Source of the DNA: Camelus dromedarius
Lineage: Eukaryota
Assembly: GCF_036321535.1 (NCBI RefSeq)
Contig: NC_087436.1
Location: 105,650,001 to 105,714,000, forward strand
Direction: 5' to 3'
Length of the DNA stretch: 64,000 nucleotides
The notes under the pieces are model-generated. The model made no database searches. It saw nothing but the letters and a program-made list of their open reading frames with translations, and was not told the origin of the DNA. Position 1 is the first letter of the stretch. The number at the start of each line of letters is the position of its first letter. Shown in pieces: positions 37,696-52,099 of this stretch. Made by a program: the position numbers and the translations under genes.

Positions 37696-39121
37696 CACAC
37701 CTACAGTCAATTATTTTCAACAAAGGAAGCAAGACTATACAGTGGAGAAAAGACAGTGTCTTTTGGTGTTGGGAAAACTGGACAGCTCCATGTAAATCAA
37801 TGAAGTTAGAACTCTCTCTTATACCATATACAAATATAAACTTAAAATGTCTTAAAGAATTAAATATAAGACATGACACCATAAAACTCCTAGAAGAGAA
37901 CATAAACAAAACATTCTTTGACATAAATTGTACCAATATTTTCTTAGATCAGTCTCCAAAGGCAAAAGAAATAAAAGCAAAAATAAAATGAGACCTAATC
38001 AAATTTATAAGCTTTTGAATAGCAAAGGAAACCATAAACAAAATTAAAAGACAACCTATGGAATGGAATAAAATATTTGCAAACAATGCAACTGACAAGT
38101 GATTAATTTCCAAAATATACAAACAGCTCATACAACTCAATATTAAAAACAAAACAAAACAAATAACCAATCAAAAAATGGGCAGAAAACCTAAAAAGTT
38201 ATTTCTCCAAAGAAGACATACAGATGGCCAACAGGTATGTGAAAACATGCTCAACATCACTAATTGTTAGAGAAATGCAAACAAATCGACAATAGGGTAT
38301 CACCTCACCCTGGTCAGAATAACCATCATCAGAAAGTCTACAAATAATACATGCTGGAAAGAGTGTGGAGAAAAGGGAACCCTCCTACATTGTTGGTGGG
38401 AATGTAAATTGGTGCACCCACTTTGGAAACAGCATGGAGATCCTTAAAAACTAAAAGTTACCATATGATCCAGCAATCCCACTCCTGGGCATGTATCTGG
38501 AAAAGACAGTAACTCTAATTTGAAAAGATAAATGCACCTCAATGTTCATAGCAGCACTATTTACAATAGCAAAGACATGGAAGCAGTCTAAGTGGAAGCA
38601 TCAACAGAGGAATGGGTAAAGCAGAATATATATAAAGAATATATATTTAAGAATATATATATATATATGTAATGGAATATTAGCCATAAAAAAGAATGAA
38701 ATATTGCCATCTATGGCAACATGGATGGACCTACCTAGAGATTATCATACTAAGTGAAGTAAGTCAGACAGAGAAAGACAAATATTATATATCACTTATA
38801 TATGGAATCTAAAAAATAATACAAATGAACTTATTTTATAAAATGGAATTAGACTCACAGACATAGAAAATTAACTTATGGAAATGAGAGGAGGGAGGGA
38901 TAAATTAAGAGATTAACAGATACACACCAGTATATATAAAGTAGGTAAACAACAAGGACCTACTGTATACCATAGAGAACTATATTCATTATCTTTTGAT
39001 AACCTGTAATGGAAAAGAATCTGGAAAAGAATATATATGTATATGATCACTTTGCTGTACATCTGAAACTAACACAATTTTATAAATCAACTACAGTTCA
39101 ATTTTTTAAATTAAATTTTAA
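37696..39121 (+). mobile_element. Younger 5'-truncated LINE-1 inserted in ORF1 of the older L1
   Basis: ORF2 C-terminal peptide (IFNKGSKTIQWRKDSVFWCWENW) and 3'UTR. 16-bp TSD aaatg(t/c)atcatataca at 37680-37695 and 39122-39137. Confidence 0.92.
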
Positions 39122-42100
39122 AAATGCATCATATACAAACTGTTGAAAGCTAAAGACAAGCTTGAAAGAAACAGGAGAAAAACGACTCTTCACAGAGAGA
39201 CAACAATACAATTAACAGCTGACTCCTTATTAAAAAAAATGAAAGCCAGAAGGCAGTGAGAGGACAGATTGAAGGTGTTGTAGGGGAAAAGTTTAATATT
39301 TAATAACAAGGAATTAAATTTAAAATCAGCAACAGAAATAAAATCAAGAAATCCATAAATATTTAGACAACACACTTCAAATTAACCAATGAGTCGAAGA
39401 AAAAAATCACAAGAGAAATTTTAAGATATTTTTAAATGAATGAAAATGAAAATGAAAACATAATATATCAAAACTTTATGGGATGCAGCTAAAGCAGTGC
39501 TGTAGGAAATGCACAGATTTAAACGCTTATGTTATAAAAGAATATCTCAAATCTTAAGAAACTAGAGAAAAGGAATGGACTAAATCCAAAACAGAGAAAG
39601 GAAATAATAAAAACGATAGTGGACAAAATAAAAAACAAAATAACACTGAAGAATTAATAAAACCAAAAGCTGGCTCTCTGAAAATAGTTTTTAAAATTAA
39701 CAAATCTTTTGCTAGACTGACAAAAGAAAAGAAAAAGAAGACAAAAATGACAAAAATCAGAATTGAAAGGGAAGCTATTACTACCTACCATACAGAAATT
39801 AAAAGAATTACAGAGATTAGTAAGAACTATGTGATGGCAACAAATTAAGTTAAATGAAATGGAAAAATTCCTAGAAGAACACAAATTATCAAAATAAACT
39901 CAAGAAGAAATTTTGAAAGTATAAATACACCTATAACAACAACAAAAAAAAACTTGAACTAGTAAATAAAAATCTTAACCCCAACACACACAAAAAAACT
40001 TCAGACCCAGATGACTTCACTAGTGAATTCTATCAAATATTAAAATAATAAATAATACCAATCATTCAGAAACTCTTACAGAAGATACAGGCAGTGGAAA
40101 CACTTCCAAAATCATTCTATAAAGTCAGTATTACCCTGATGCCAAAGTTAGACAAAGCTATCACAAGAAAATAAAACTACCGACTAATATTGTCATGAAT
40201 ACAGACACAAAAATCCTCGACAAAAGATTAGCTAAACGAGTCTAGAAACACATAAAAAGAATTACACACCATGACCATGTGGAATTTATCTCAGTAATGC
40301 GAGACTGGTTTAACATCAGAGCATTAATTAATGTGAAGAACCATTTTAAGAGAATAAAGCCACATGATCATCTCAACAGATGCAGAAAAAGTATTTAACA
40401 AAATCCAACACTCATTCAAGTAAAAATTTCCAACAAACGAGGAATAGAAGGGAGCTCTCTCCACCTGAAAAAGGGCATTCATGAAAACCTTGAAGCTAAA
40501 TATCACACTTAATGGTGAAACACTTAATGCCTTCCCATCAAGACCAGGAACAAAGCAAGGATGTCCTCTGGTGCTACTTTCTATTTACCATTTTGCTAGA
40601 GGTTTTAGCTAGTGAATTAATGCAAAAAATTTTGATTAAAACCATCCAGATTAAAAGGAAGAAGTAAATTGTTCTTTATTTGCAGATTACATGATGCTGT
40701 GTAGAGAAAATTCTAAGGAATCCATACAAGTTTCCTTTTAAACTACTGCAAGTAATATATATGAGTACAGCAAGGTCCAGGATGTAAGATCAATGCACAA
40801 AAATCAATTGCATTTCTACACAGTAGTAACTAACAACCCACAAAATGTAATTAAGAAAATAATTTCATTCCAAACAGCATCAAAAAGATAAAATATTTAA
40901 CCATAGATTAACCAATAAGGTGTAAGACTTGTGCACTGAAAATTACACACCATTACTGAGAGAAATTACAGAAGATCTGAATATATACAGAGACATTCCA
41001 TGTTCATGGATCAGAAGACAAAATTGTTAGGAAGTCAGTTATCCCCATAATAATCTGTAGATTCAACACAATCACTACTAAAATTCTAGAAGGTTTTTTT
41101 TTTTCAGAAATTAACAAGCTGATCCTAAAATAATATGAAAAGGCAAAAGTCTCAGAATAGCAAAATCAATTTTGATAAAGAAGGAAAATGTGGGAGAACT
41201 TTCACTTCAAAACTTACTATAAAGCTATAAGACAATTTGACACTGGCCTAAGGATATATGTGCTTAAATTAAACAGAATTGAGTCTAGAAATAAAGGCAT
41301 ATTTATGGTCAATTGACTTTCAACAAAGATGCCAAGAGAATTTAATGGGCAAAGAATAGTCTTTTCAACAAACAGTGCTGGGACAATTGAATGTCCACAT
41401 GACAAATGAATATCCTTGCTTCACACTATACATTAAAGAAATTAATTCAAAATATATAATAACTAAGGTTTAGTTTAAGACTTAAAACTATAAAGCTTCT
41501 AGAAAGAAAAAAATAGGAATAAATCCTTGTGACCCTGGTTAGACAAAGATTCTTAGATACAATACTAAAAGCATGATCCGTAAAAGAAAAAACCTGATAA
41601 ACTGGATTTCAGCAAAATTAACAACTTTGTGCTTCAGAAGAGACTATTAAGCAAATGAAGAAACAAGTCATAGAGTGGGAGAAAATACTGGCAAATTGCA
41701 TGCCTTATAAAAGACTTGTATCCAGAATAAATAACAGAATAAATAAAGAAGACAACAATTCAATTTTAAAACAGGCACAAGATTTGAATAGTCATATCAC
41801 CAAGGAAGATATATAAATCCCTGATAAGCACATGAAAAAATACTCAATGTCATTAGTCATCAGGGGAATGCAAATTAAAACCACAATGAGACAGTAGTTT
41901 GCACCAACTAGAAAGCTCATAGTCAAAAAGACAGACAATAACAAATGTTAGCAAGGATGTGGAGGAATTAAACCCCTCCCACATTGCTGGCAGGAATATA
42001 AAATGTAAACAGCTGCTTTGGAAAACAGCTTGACAGTTTCTTAAAAAGTTAAACATAAACTTATCATAGGACCTAGCTTTGCCAGTCCCAGGAATCTACC

Positions 42101-42256
42101 CATGGGAAATGAAAACATAGCTCAAGAAAAAGCCTTGTTTGTGAACATTACAGCAGTATTATTTATAACAGACAAATATTGGAAAGAATCACATGTTCAT
42201 CATCGGATGAATGGATAAGCAAAATGTGGTGTATCTATGCAATGGAATACAATTCA

Positions 42257-42865
<609 letters not shown>

Positions 42866-42877
42866 CTGATATATGCT

Positions 42878-43387
42878 TGTAAAATGAGCCAAATATGGCC
42901 TCTGCATATTGGCCCCTAGGTTGTTTATTTCTGCAGACTAAGACCCACTAGCAAAAAATCCTGATGAAACAAATATTTATATGTCCAATTATTCTAAAAA
43001 TAAATCCAAACAAACAGATTTTTAGTCATTTAAACTTCCCTACTTTGCATGCTCCACTGAACCTCACCCCATATCTGCTAGCAATAGAAAAGGTAACACC
43101 CCAAGCTGCTGCTGTCTTTTTCTCTGACCCAGAATTGCCATGCGCAGCTAAGTGACGTCACCTAGACACGCAAGCCCCCTTTCCGACCCAGTTCACTGTT
43201 AGTTCCCTTGCTCTGCTCTCCTCTCCTTCCAGGTGGTGGCCCCAGGGCCTTAAGCCTCTGCATGGTCTCATCCTGAAAGAGACGTCCCCTTTCATGCAAT
43301 CATAAGCACCACCCAGTAAATCTAGTTGTATGTTACCGCCTCTCCTGGTCGTATTTTTTTTTCCTTCAGCAGCTCCAAAATCCTTTA
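42878..43387 (+). mobile_element. Solo ERV-type LTR inserted in the L1 3' region
   Basis: Starts TGTAAAATGAGCC and is flanked by the TSD atgct (42873-42877, 43388-43392). L1 sequence (ctgatatatgct|acaacatg) resumes afterwards. Confidence 0.75.
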
Positions 43388-43819
43388 ATGCTACAACATG
43401 ACCGCACCTCAAAAGCATTATGTGAAGTGAAAAAAGCCAGACACACCAGACTATGTATTGCATAATTTCAAATGTTCAGAAAAGATCAATATGCAACAAC
43501 AGAAAACAGATTAATATTTACTTGAGGCTGGGTGTGTGAGTGGGGATTGGCTTCAAATAGGCATGAGGTGATGCAAACGCTGGGTTGTGGTGATGGTTGC
43601 ACAATTCTGTAAATTTACCAAAAATCATTGAATTGTATGTTTCAAGCAGGTGAAATTTGTGACATGTCAGGTTGTTTGAAAATGGTATCTGAGTGCTGAT
43701 TCCAAAAGAAAGAGCATCAAAACACAGCAAACGCCAGGGCTCCTAAGGGTTCCTCGATCTGTCACTGATGCCTGCTGTCACTGTTCAGAGTTCGGTGCAT
43801 CTAGAGTCATGCAGGACCA

Positions 43820-44184
43820 TTGAGAGCAACCAATAGTTCTCCTCAGTCTTCAATGTAACTTTCCCTTCTCTGCTTTCTGAGCACCTGGGGTGATTGTATT
43901 TTCTGGGCCCCTGCGGTTGACAGAGAACCTTGTGTACTATATGCGGCCACTCAGTTGTGAGTGGAAGGGAAATGGGTCATTTCTGGGCTGGGTGTTTGCT
44001 CAGAGGGTTCTTCTTTACCCTTACAGTGACTGACAATGTTCTCTGTGACTGAGACTCTGGCAGCCCCCCACCAACTTGTGATGGACAAGTCACATGGGTA
44101 TGAATAAACCTTTGTGTTTTACACCCCTGAGACTTAGGGGTTGTTTCTCACCACAGCATAATTTAGCCTGCCTTGACTGATACA
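43820..44184 (+). mobile_element. Old MaLR (MLT1) LTR
   Basis: gtgagtggaaggg...catttctgggctg...gaataaacctttgtgttttacacccctgagacttaggggttgtttctcaccacagcataatttagcct...gactgataca. Confidence 0.7.
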
Positions 44185-45465
44185 AGGCAGCCAAACTGGA
44201 ACTCAACATTTTTGGGTCCTAATCTGAGCAATACCAATTGTTACTAATGATGGTGTTACCATTTTCTTAATCAACTACAATGTCCCATGTGCTGGGCAGG
44301 GGACATGACATATTCCTAATTTTCAAGCATCATTTCCAAGTAGAAATTCTTTATCTTACTTCACATCTGAGAAAACTGAACCTCGGCGAGTTACAGTAAC
44401 CTGAATAAGGAGATATAAGCCTGTCAGTTGTGAGCATGAAATCATTTACTCACCTATGCAATAGATACTTGCTGTTGCCAGCAGATCATCTGTGCTGGGC
44501 ACCAGGAATGTGATGGTGAGCAAGACAGTCACAGTCTGTCCTCCCCAAAGCATTAGATGCTTGAGAATCACCTAGATGCCTCAGTCCTACACTCAGAGAC
44601 CAGTTCAGTCATCTGAGGAGGTGCCTCTGACATCAGTGGTTCTTAAAAGTCCCCAGGTGATTCCAATGAACACACAGGGTGTGAGTCACTGGTTTGAAGT
44701 CCCAAAGACCCAAGCCTTTTGCGTCCCTAATGTCCAGACTCATCACAGACTAATGCAACCGTCCTACCTGGACCAGGTTTGATGGGGCCAAAGCGATCGG
44801 CTAGGCTGCCAGGCCTCCCTCACTTCCTCTCACAGACGTTGCTATAATCTCCTTTTGTTTCCTCAACCTTCTCCCTCTTCTCATCTGCCTGTGTCACAAC
44901 AGGATCTTTGAGCTGAATGGGACCTTAGTTAAAAGGATCAGTGATTTTCTAACATTTTGAGGCTTTTAATTTCTCTTTTTTCCCCAATTCTGAGGAAATC
45001 ACAACATACCATGCACATATCAGTAAGACCTGGATGGGATGAGAAGACAGGGTCCAGGAGCTGTCCTGCCTTCCTTTCTGCTCCTTACCTGGGCCATGTC
45101 TCTGGAGCCCTCAGGCTCTGAAGGACAGAGTCTGAAAACTGCTGATGTGGTCCCCCTTCCTCACTCAATGGGCAGAGCAGTTGACCCCCTAAGAGAAGAC
45201 GGGACTTCCCTGAGGTCCCACGCTTCCTGAGTGACAGACACTGAGGCAGGAACCTGGGTCTCTTCGCTCTTTCTCCAGTGCTTTTGCCACCACAACATGG
45301 AGACTCCCAGGACATGTGCCCTTTAGCACCAGTGTTGTTTCTGGAATCTGAGAATATGTAACCAAAGAATAACAGGGTGTCAGAAAAGGCCTTTTGGAGG
45401 ACGAGGGAGTGGCTGAGTTGAGGACTGAAGAATGAGTTGGCCAAGCGAGGTGGGTAGCTAGCATT

Positions 45466-46151
45466 TGATGACATATTTAAGATCAGTCAAAAATCAAAAT
45501 GGAGTAACTATGGTTCAGTCATCTAAAAGGCAGCCAGGTGGCCATTGAGGATGTGGTTTCAGATACATTCCTGCTTGTTTTGGATACGTTCCTGCATCAC
45601 TGAAAACTTAAATTTTCTGAACTGTATCAAACTCAAGGACACCATCAGCTGTTTTTAAAAACCATATCTGCTAGCAGTAGCTAGCTGCAACTTTGTAGTG
45701 TCAAAGTACCCACCCTTCACAGCTATGTAATCATTTCAAACCCCAACCAATCCTTGCTTAACAAGCACCCTTACTTCTTGCCAGCTCCAACCCTAATTCT
45801 TTTATTTTTTTTACAAATATTTTTTCTTTCTTTCTTTCTTTCTTTTTTTTGAGGGGGGGTAATTAGATTTGTTTATTTATTTATTTATTTTGGATGATGG
45901 TACTGGGGATTGAACCCAGGACCTTGTGCATTCCAACCCTAATTCTTGACAGATAATTTATATAATCTTGCGTGGGTGGGTGGGGGTGTTATTTTGCCCT
46001 TATAAGCTTCCCCTGTTTTGTAGTCCGGGGGAACACAGCTCAAATGCTTTCTTGGCTTTGTGCTTCCTGGGCTGCTGTCCCAACAAACCCCATGTAAACA
46101 CTTTTTTTTTTCCCTCAACCAGATCTCCATTCTTGAAATTCTTGGTTAACA
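45466..46151 (+). mobile_element. ERV1-class solo LTR (interrupted by a SINE)
   Basis: TG...CA termini (tgatgac...ggttaaca) with a 4-bp TSD catt (45462-45465, 46152-46155). Internal aaatcaaaatggagt and TATA-like cttataag. Confidence 0.7.
45802..45931 (-). mobile_element. 5'-truncated camelid tRNA-derived SINE (Vic-1-like)
   Basis: ggggggtaattagatttgtttatttattt...ggtactggggattgaacccaggacc (B-box region). Perfect 16-bp TSD tccaaccctaattctt at 45786-45801 and 45932-45947. Confidence 0.85.
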
Positions 46152-46266
46152 CATTTCATCTTGAGGCAGCTGCGTCTGCAAAGATCCTGAGGCGAGAGAG
46201 AGAGTGATAACTTCAGCAGCTTCGAGTCTGACCACAGGACAAGTGATAAAAGATGAGGCTGAAATA

Positions 46267-46514
46267 TGGGGAAAAATGTGGGGAGGGATAAATTAGGAGC
46301 TGGGGATTTGCAGATACTAACTACTGTATATAAAGTAGATAAACAACAAGTTTCTACTGTACAGCACAGGGAACTCTATTCAATATCTTGTAGTAACCTA
46401 TAATGAAAAAGAATATGAAAAGGAATATACTATGCATGTATAACTGAATCACTATGCTGTACACCAGAAATTGATGCAACGTTGTAAATCGACTATACTT
46501 CAATTAAAAAAAAA
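46267..46514 (+). mobile_element. Short 5'-truncated young LINE-1 3' end
   Basis: ggagggataaattaggag...cagcacagggaactctattcaatatcttg...tatacttcaattaaaaaaaaa; 14-bp TSD atgaggctgaaata (46253-46266, 46515-46528). Confidence 0.9.
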
Positions 46515-47552
46515 ATGAGGCTGAAATAGCACCTAAAAGCCAGATCATGAATGACAATGAACACCATGCTAAGAAGTTTAGCCTTGAACATTGTCTTAAA
46601 TGTAGTTAATTACAGATAAACTGGTTTCATGTATGCTCAGTTTCTGAATGTGCAAGAAAAGATCAGGTGCTTAGCTCCACCATGCAAAGCTCATATGTAT
46701 ATCACTAAGTACTTTAAAAATAGAATGGTCTCCTTTAGAACAATTCTGTTTGTATTTAAGATTAGTAAAATAGTATGAAACTTATGAAATACACTGATAG
46801 AAATTAGGAAGTGGTATGGACTGATGGTTTGGGGCATAGAGAGGGATGAAGGACAAAGAGGTATGGTTTTCCCTTAAAATCTGCCAGGAGATAAGAGACC
46901 TCTGCAGAGGAGTTGGGTCTGGTCTGTTGCCACCCATTTCAGGCTTAAATCACCACAGAACAACTTTCTGCCAAGCAGAGATTGGGAAGGTTATGTATGA
47001 TAGAACATCACTCTGGCTCGGGTGAGGAGGATGGTTTAAGTTGACCAGGATTTGACACAGAGGGTCCAGTTAAGTACCACGGTAGTGATGGCTGGGCAGA
47101 CTGAAAGCCAACAAGGAGGCAGTGTTGTCAGGGTCTGATGAACAATTAAGTTGGGGGGATGAGAAAAAGGAAGGCACCAAGGATGACAATCAAGTTTCTC
47201 CTTTGGGCATCTGGATGGATGGTAATGCCGTTCTCTAAGATGAGGAACACAGAAGGAGGGGTTTGTCTGAGCTGGGAAGCTATGAGATCCATCCATCAGT
47301 CAGGTGCGCTTGTCGGCGAGTATCAAAAAACTCAGTCCCAAATGGTTGAAATAATAAGGGGACGTGCTATCTCATATTACAAAAGTATGGAGGGAGGGCA
47401 GTTTCTGAGCTAGTTAGTTCCCAACCTTAACAAATTTATCAAAGATCCAGGTTTTTCCAACTCTGTACTGTCATCCTCAGTGTGCCTGTGAGCCTCCTTC
47501 ACAGTAAGTAGCAAGATGGCCCAGGCGCCCCAGGCATCACACCTTCACACAC

Positions 47553-48003
47553 TGTGTTAGTTCCCCAGGGCTGATGTAACAAAGCATCTCAAACTGGGTA
47601 GCTTAAAGCAACAGAAATTTATTGTCTCATAGTTCTGGGGGCCAGAAGTCAGAAAACAAGGTGTCAGCAAGTTTGGTTCCTTCTGAGAGCTTTGATGAAG
47701 AATCTGTTCCATGTCTTTAGTTTCTGATGTTGCAAAATCCCTGGCATTCCTGGGCTTGGAGCCGCATGATTCTAGTCGTTGCCTCTGTCGTCACATGGTG
47801 TTCTCTCTGTACCTGTGTTCAAATTTTCTCCTTTTTATAAGGACATCAGTCATATTGGATTAGGGCCCACCCTACTCCAGTGTGACCTCATTTCAGCCAC
47901 TTACATCTCCAAGGACACCATTCCCAGACAAGGTCACCTTCCGAAGTACCAAGGATTAGGACTTCAACATGGCTTTCTAGGGGAACACAATCCACCCATC
48001 ACA
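47553..48003 (-). mobile_element. MLT1C/D-type MaLR LTR
   Basis: tgtgttagttccccagggctgatgtaacaaagcatctcaaactgggtagcttaaagcaacagaaattt...ggattagggcccacccta...cacaatccacccatcaca. Confidence 0.85.
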
Positions 48004-48024
48004 TACACTAAGGCAGAAAGGGGA

Positions 48025-48902
48025 TGTGATGGTTAATTTCATGTGTCAATCTATCTGACCACAGGTTGCCCCGATATTTGGTCAAGCATTATTCTGGGTG
48101 TTTCTGTGAAGGTGTTTTGGGGTGAAATTAAATGACTGAGCAAGGCAGATTGTGGGGGGACAGGACCCAATCCTTCCCCACACCAGGCAAAGCAGTACTG
48201 GACAGAAGCTGGCATGTGGCTGGACCCACGTCCTCATCTCTGTGGCTTGAGGGGAGACCATCTAACATCCCCCAGCTACCACTATACTCTTCAGAGGAGG
48301 GGAGAAAGCCCCACATGCAAGAAGAACCCCCTGCCCCCAGTGTCAAATGGGATGGGGATGCAAGAGTTACGATTAAGGGGAAACCCTGTGCCAGGTATTA
48401 ATGGAATTTAAAGGGGTACAGGCTACTCCTGTTCTCCATCTCCCAAAAATGCTCACTTTCCCAGCTAAAAGAAAAAAAAATTGTCAGCAAATATCAAAAA
48501 TTTGGGTGGGTAGGGAGCCTCATCCAATGAGTTGAAGGCCTGAGCAGAACAAAAAAATGACCCTCCCCGCAAATAAGAGAACTCTTCTGCCTGACTGCCT
48601 TCGAACTGGGGCATCAGCTTTAATTCTGCCTTTAGACTCAAACTGAAACATTAGCTCTTCCTGGATCTCCACCTTACGGGCTTTCAGACTAGAACTGCAC
48701 CATTGCCTGCTGCTTCTCAGGCCTTTGGACTCAGACTGGAACGAACCCACGGGCTCTGCTGGGTCTCCAGCTTACTGACTCTCCATGTCGATCTTGGAAC
48801 TTACCAGCCTCCCTAATTGCATGAGCCAATCCCTTATAGTAAATCTCTCTTTCTCTTTCTCTAGGCATATATCCTATTGGTTCTCTGGAAAATCCTAATA
48901 AT
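48025..48902 (+). mobile_element. MLT2B-type ERVL LTR split by a ~350-bp unrelated insert
   Basis: tgtgatggttaatttcatgtgtcaa...gcattattctgggtgtttctgtgaagg; then gcctcatccaatgagttgaaggcctga...cctattggttctctggaaaatcctaata. Confidence 0.85.
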
Positions 48903-51900
48903 AAAGAAGCTCTATTCTCATTGGCCAAATTTGGGAAATGAGACTGCCCTGATTAGCTTAGACCAATCTGAATTCATCTAAGAGGCTTGGGGGTGATGTG
49001 CAGACTGGAACAAAATTAAGACTCCTCCAGCACACAAGGGGAAAGGCTTGCCAGTGTCAGCTACAGCAGGAGCAGGAGTTGAGAGGCAAGCAAGCCTTAG
49101 ATCAGGACTCAGGCAGCCAGGCAGCCAGGCACCAGCATCCAGGAGTCCAAGAGGATCTAGTCTTGCAGGGCATTGCCTTGGGTATACCACTGGGGCCAGA
49201 ACGTGTCCTAGCTAATGAGCCCCTGGACTCTGTATGTGAGACCTAAAGGGGAAATGCAGGTGTCCGGAAGTGGGGAGGTGCTGAAGGCAAATCCTGTCGC
49301 CCAGTGTTAATAGGAGTATATTTCCTCAGTCACAGAAATGTCGAGATTTCTAGATTTTGCCCACTTGTGTCATTCCTACAACTCATTCTTACCCTCCAAA
49401 TGAAACCAAAGATGCTGCATTCTCAGCGGCTCCTCTGAGAGGCAGTCACATTACCTGTCTCTGAGAGGTAGGCTGCAAATGTCTGTTAAAATAAGTCCAT
49501 CTCCATGTGCCGGATAGAGTTTGAGAAAGAATTTTTTGTGGGTGGAGTTGAGGTAAAGAGCAAAGATCTCCTGAAAGGAGAGTAGCTTAAGGAAGCTCAC
49601 CTTGAACAATGAATAAAATTTGCTATAAGCTTTCTTTCTTTCTTTTTTTTTTTTTCCCAAGAGTGAGATGGTGAGACACAGCAGGGAACAATGAATCTTC
49701 CAAGGTCATGCCACAAGTCACTAGCCAAGCCTAGCCTGTCACTCAGTGCTCTCAATGCCCAGCTCACTGAATTCAGCGGATGAAACAGCTGGGGTGGAGC
49801 TTTGTCAAAAAGAAAACATCCACCTGTCATCCTTCCCCTTCTCCTTTCCCCACTGTGTCCCCCGCCACCTCTGCAAACAACCCTTTATCATCCCTCCCAC
49901 CGATCCATAAACTGTCCCAGGAAATGCCAGGATCGGAACACCATATTGGCCATGAGGGACTCGGTCAACTTCTTTGCCTTCTGGCTGTTCTAAACAAACA
50001 AAGGGCAGTGCACAAGTTATTAGTAAATACCAAGGCTTAGTTTATTGTATAAAACTTCAATCCAACAAATAAATGAGCCATCAAGTTTGAATTTATGTAG
50101 CATTCAAAACACATTAAAGCCATTTGACCATGACAAAGGCCTTTCCTGCTTTGAATGATGAAGCCAGCACTGCAAATACCCTTCGGATGAGACATTAAGC
50201 GAGGTCCTTTCAGTTTGTCTCTGGGGACTGTCAAGGTGGAAGGCACTCTTTCTAAAGAATTCTTTTGGGAAAATCCCATCTTGGCGAATGTTTCCTTTCT
50301 CTGAAAGAGGGTTTGTGAGCCTATAACGGTTAGACAATGACAGTCGCTCAGCTAGGGGTCACCTACCTGACCATGATAAAGCCCTTACTTACTTTGAGAT
50401 CTTCCCAAAGAGACATCAAGGAACGCACGAGCTCTCATTAAAGGATGCTGGTAGCTGATCGCATGAGGGTCCAGCTGCTGTTGTGGCTTGTCTCAGAGCC
50501 ATCTCTTCATCTGCAGATTGGTGAATAATACCTCAAAGGGAGTGGTGAGAAATGAATGAGATGATACAGGAGAAAGCATTTGTTCAGCTCCAAGGCCACG
50601 TTCAAATAAAAGGTATTATTATTAATAATATATAAAGATAATAGTGCAGACCCATCTTTTCACTCTATTTTCATATTTCCTTGCTTTTGCTACAGGCAGT
50701 GGAAATTGTCTCATTCTGCTGGTCTTTGTGCTCTTGCTGGAAGCCCTCGGGGCTTGCAACTGCTATTCATGATTGGGGTTGACATTGGAGCTGACTTCGA
50801 TCTGGCCAAAGACTGAGCCTCCACTTAAACAGGTGATTCTTGGGCAGGCATCGCCCAGAGACATAGAGAGTTCAGGAAAAATATTTGTGTAATCTTCCCA
50901 GTGCACCCCAATTCGCATCCAAGGGAAGATCAAAGTCGACGTTAAAAGTACTCCCCACCAAAAAACACCAAAATAGTAGAACTCCAATGAGTCTGGGTGG
51001 GAGGGGCTGGAAAGGGAATATTCTTTCAACAGATGGATTGGATGCCCACCACGTTCCAGCACTGCGTCGGCTGCTGGGTTACAAAGATGAGTAAGACACA
51101 GGCCCCACTTTCCAGGGTGGTCAGACATAAACAGGCATACCCAGTGATGTGCTCTGGCTGGAAGCTGTGACCAACTAGCTGTGACTTGCGAAGCCTAGTT
51201 CCTCCCTCTCTATTTCAGGGTCTTTGGGGTTAGGACTGATTTGTGTGTGTAGGACTTCTAGGTCACTTTTAGTTCCTCTTACTTCCACCTGCACGGCCTT
51301 GGGTCATTACATCCTCAGTCTAAGCTTGAGGGGGTTGATCTCAGAGGATATACCTTAAGGCACATCCCATACAAATTCTCCCCTAGAAGGAACACTAGGC
51401 AACAGGACAGAGCTAAAAATAGCCAAGGGTTCAAAGAGGACAAAGAAGACAAAGAGACTGAAGGGAATAAACCCAGCCGCTGGTCTCTAGATGTCTGAAC
51501 TTTTATCTAAGAGCTGTAAGTAAACACCAATATTTGCTAAATGCTTGTGCTATACACTCAATCTCATTTCAGTGTCACAACAACCCTAAGAAACAAACAT
51601 TCACTTCCCCGGTGCAATCGACAGCTCAGGAAAAGGAGGCTCAGACGAAGCATCTTTTCCAAGATCCACAGCTAGCAAAGTCAGGATTCCAACTCACATC
51701 TAGCTGACTTCAAATCTGGTTCCTGAACTGCTGCCCCTACTTGAGTCCTGTTACCTTGGACTCCTTGTTAAAGGCCTGGTCTTTTGAAGAATATGCTTTG
51801 AAGATTCAAGTTCAGATGAGATGACGGGTGTCAAGCCCCTAGTACAGAACCTGGACCTACTGCGTGTTGACAGCTCCTTCTCCTTCTGCTGTTCTTGTTA

Positions 51901-52099
51901 TCATGCCGTGGCAGGAGCTCAGAGAACAGGAGCCAGCTCTGGCAGAAGGCGTTGGGGCAAGGCCTGGCAGACTCTCAGTCTATTGAGAGCAGAACTCAGC
52001 TCTTAAAGAAAAGACAGAACTGGGCAATTTCCTGAGGCCGCCTGTGGAAATATAGAACTTTGTGCTAAGTAACAAGGTTCCAGAGTGGGTGAGTGTCCA

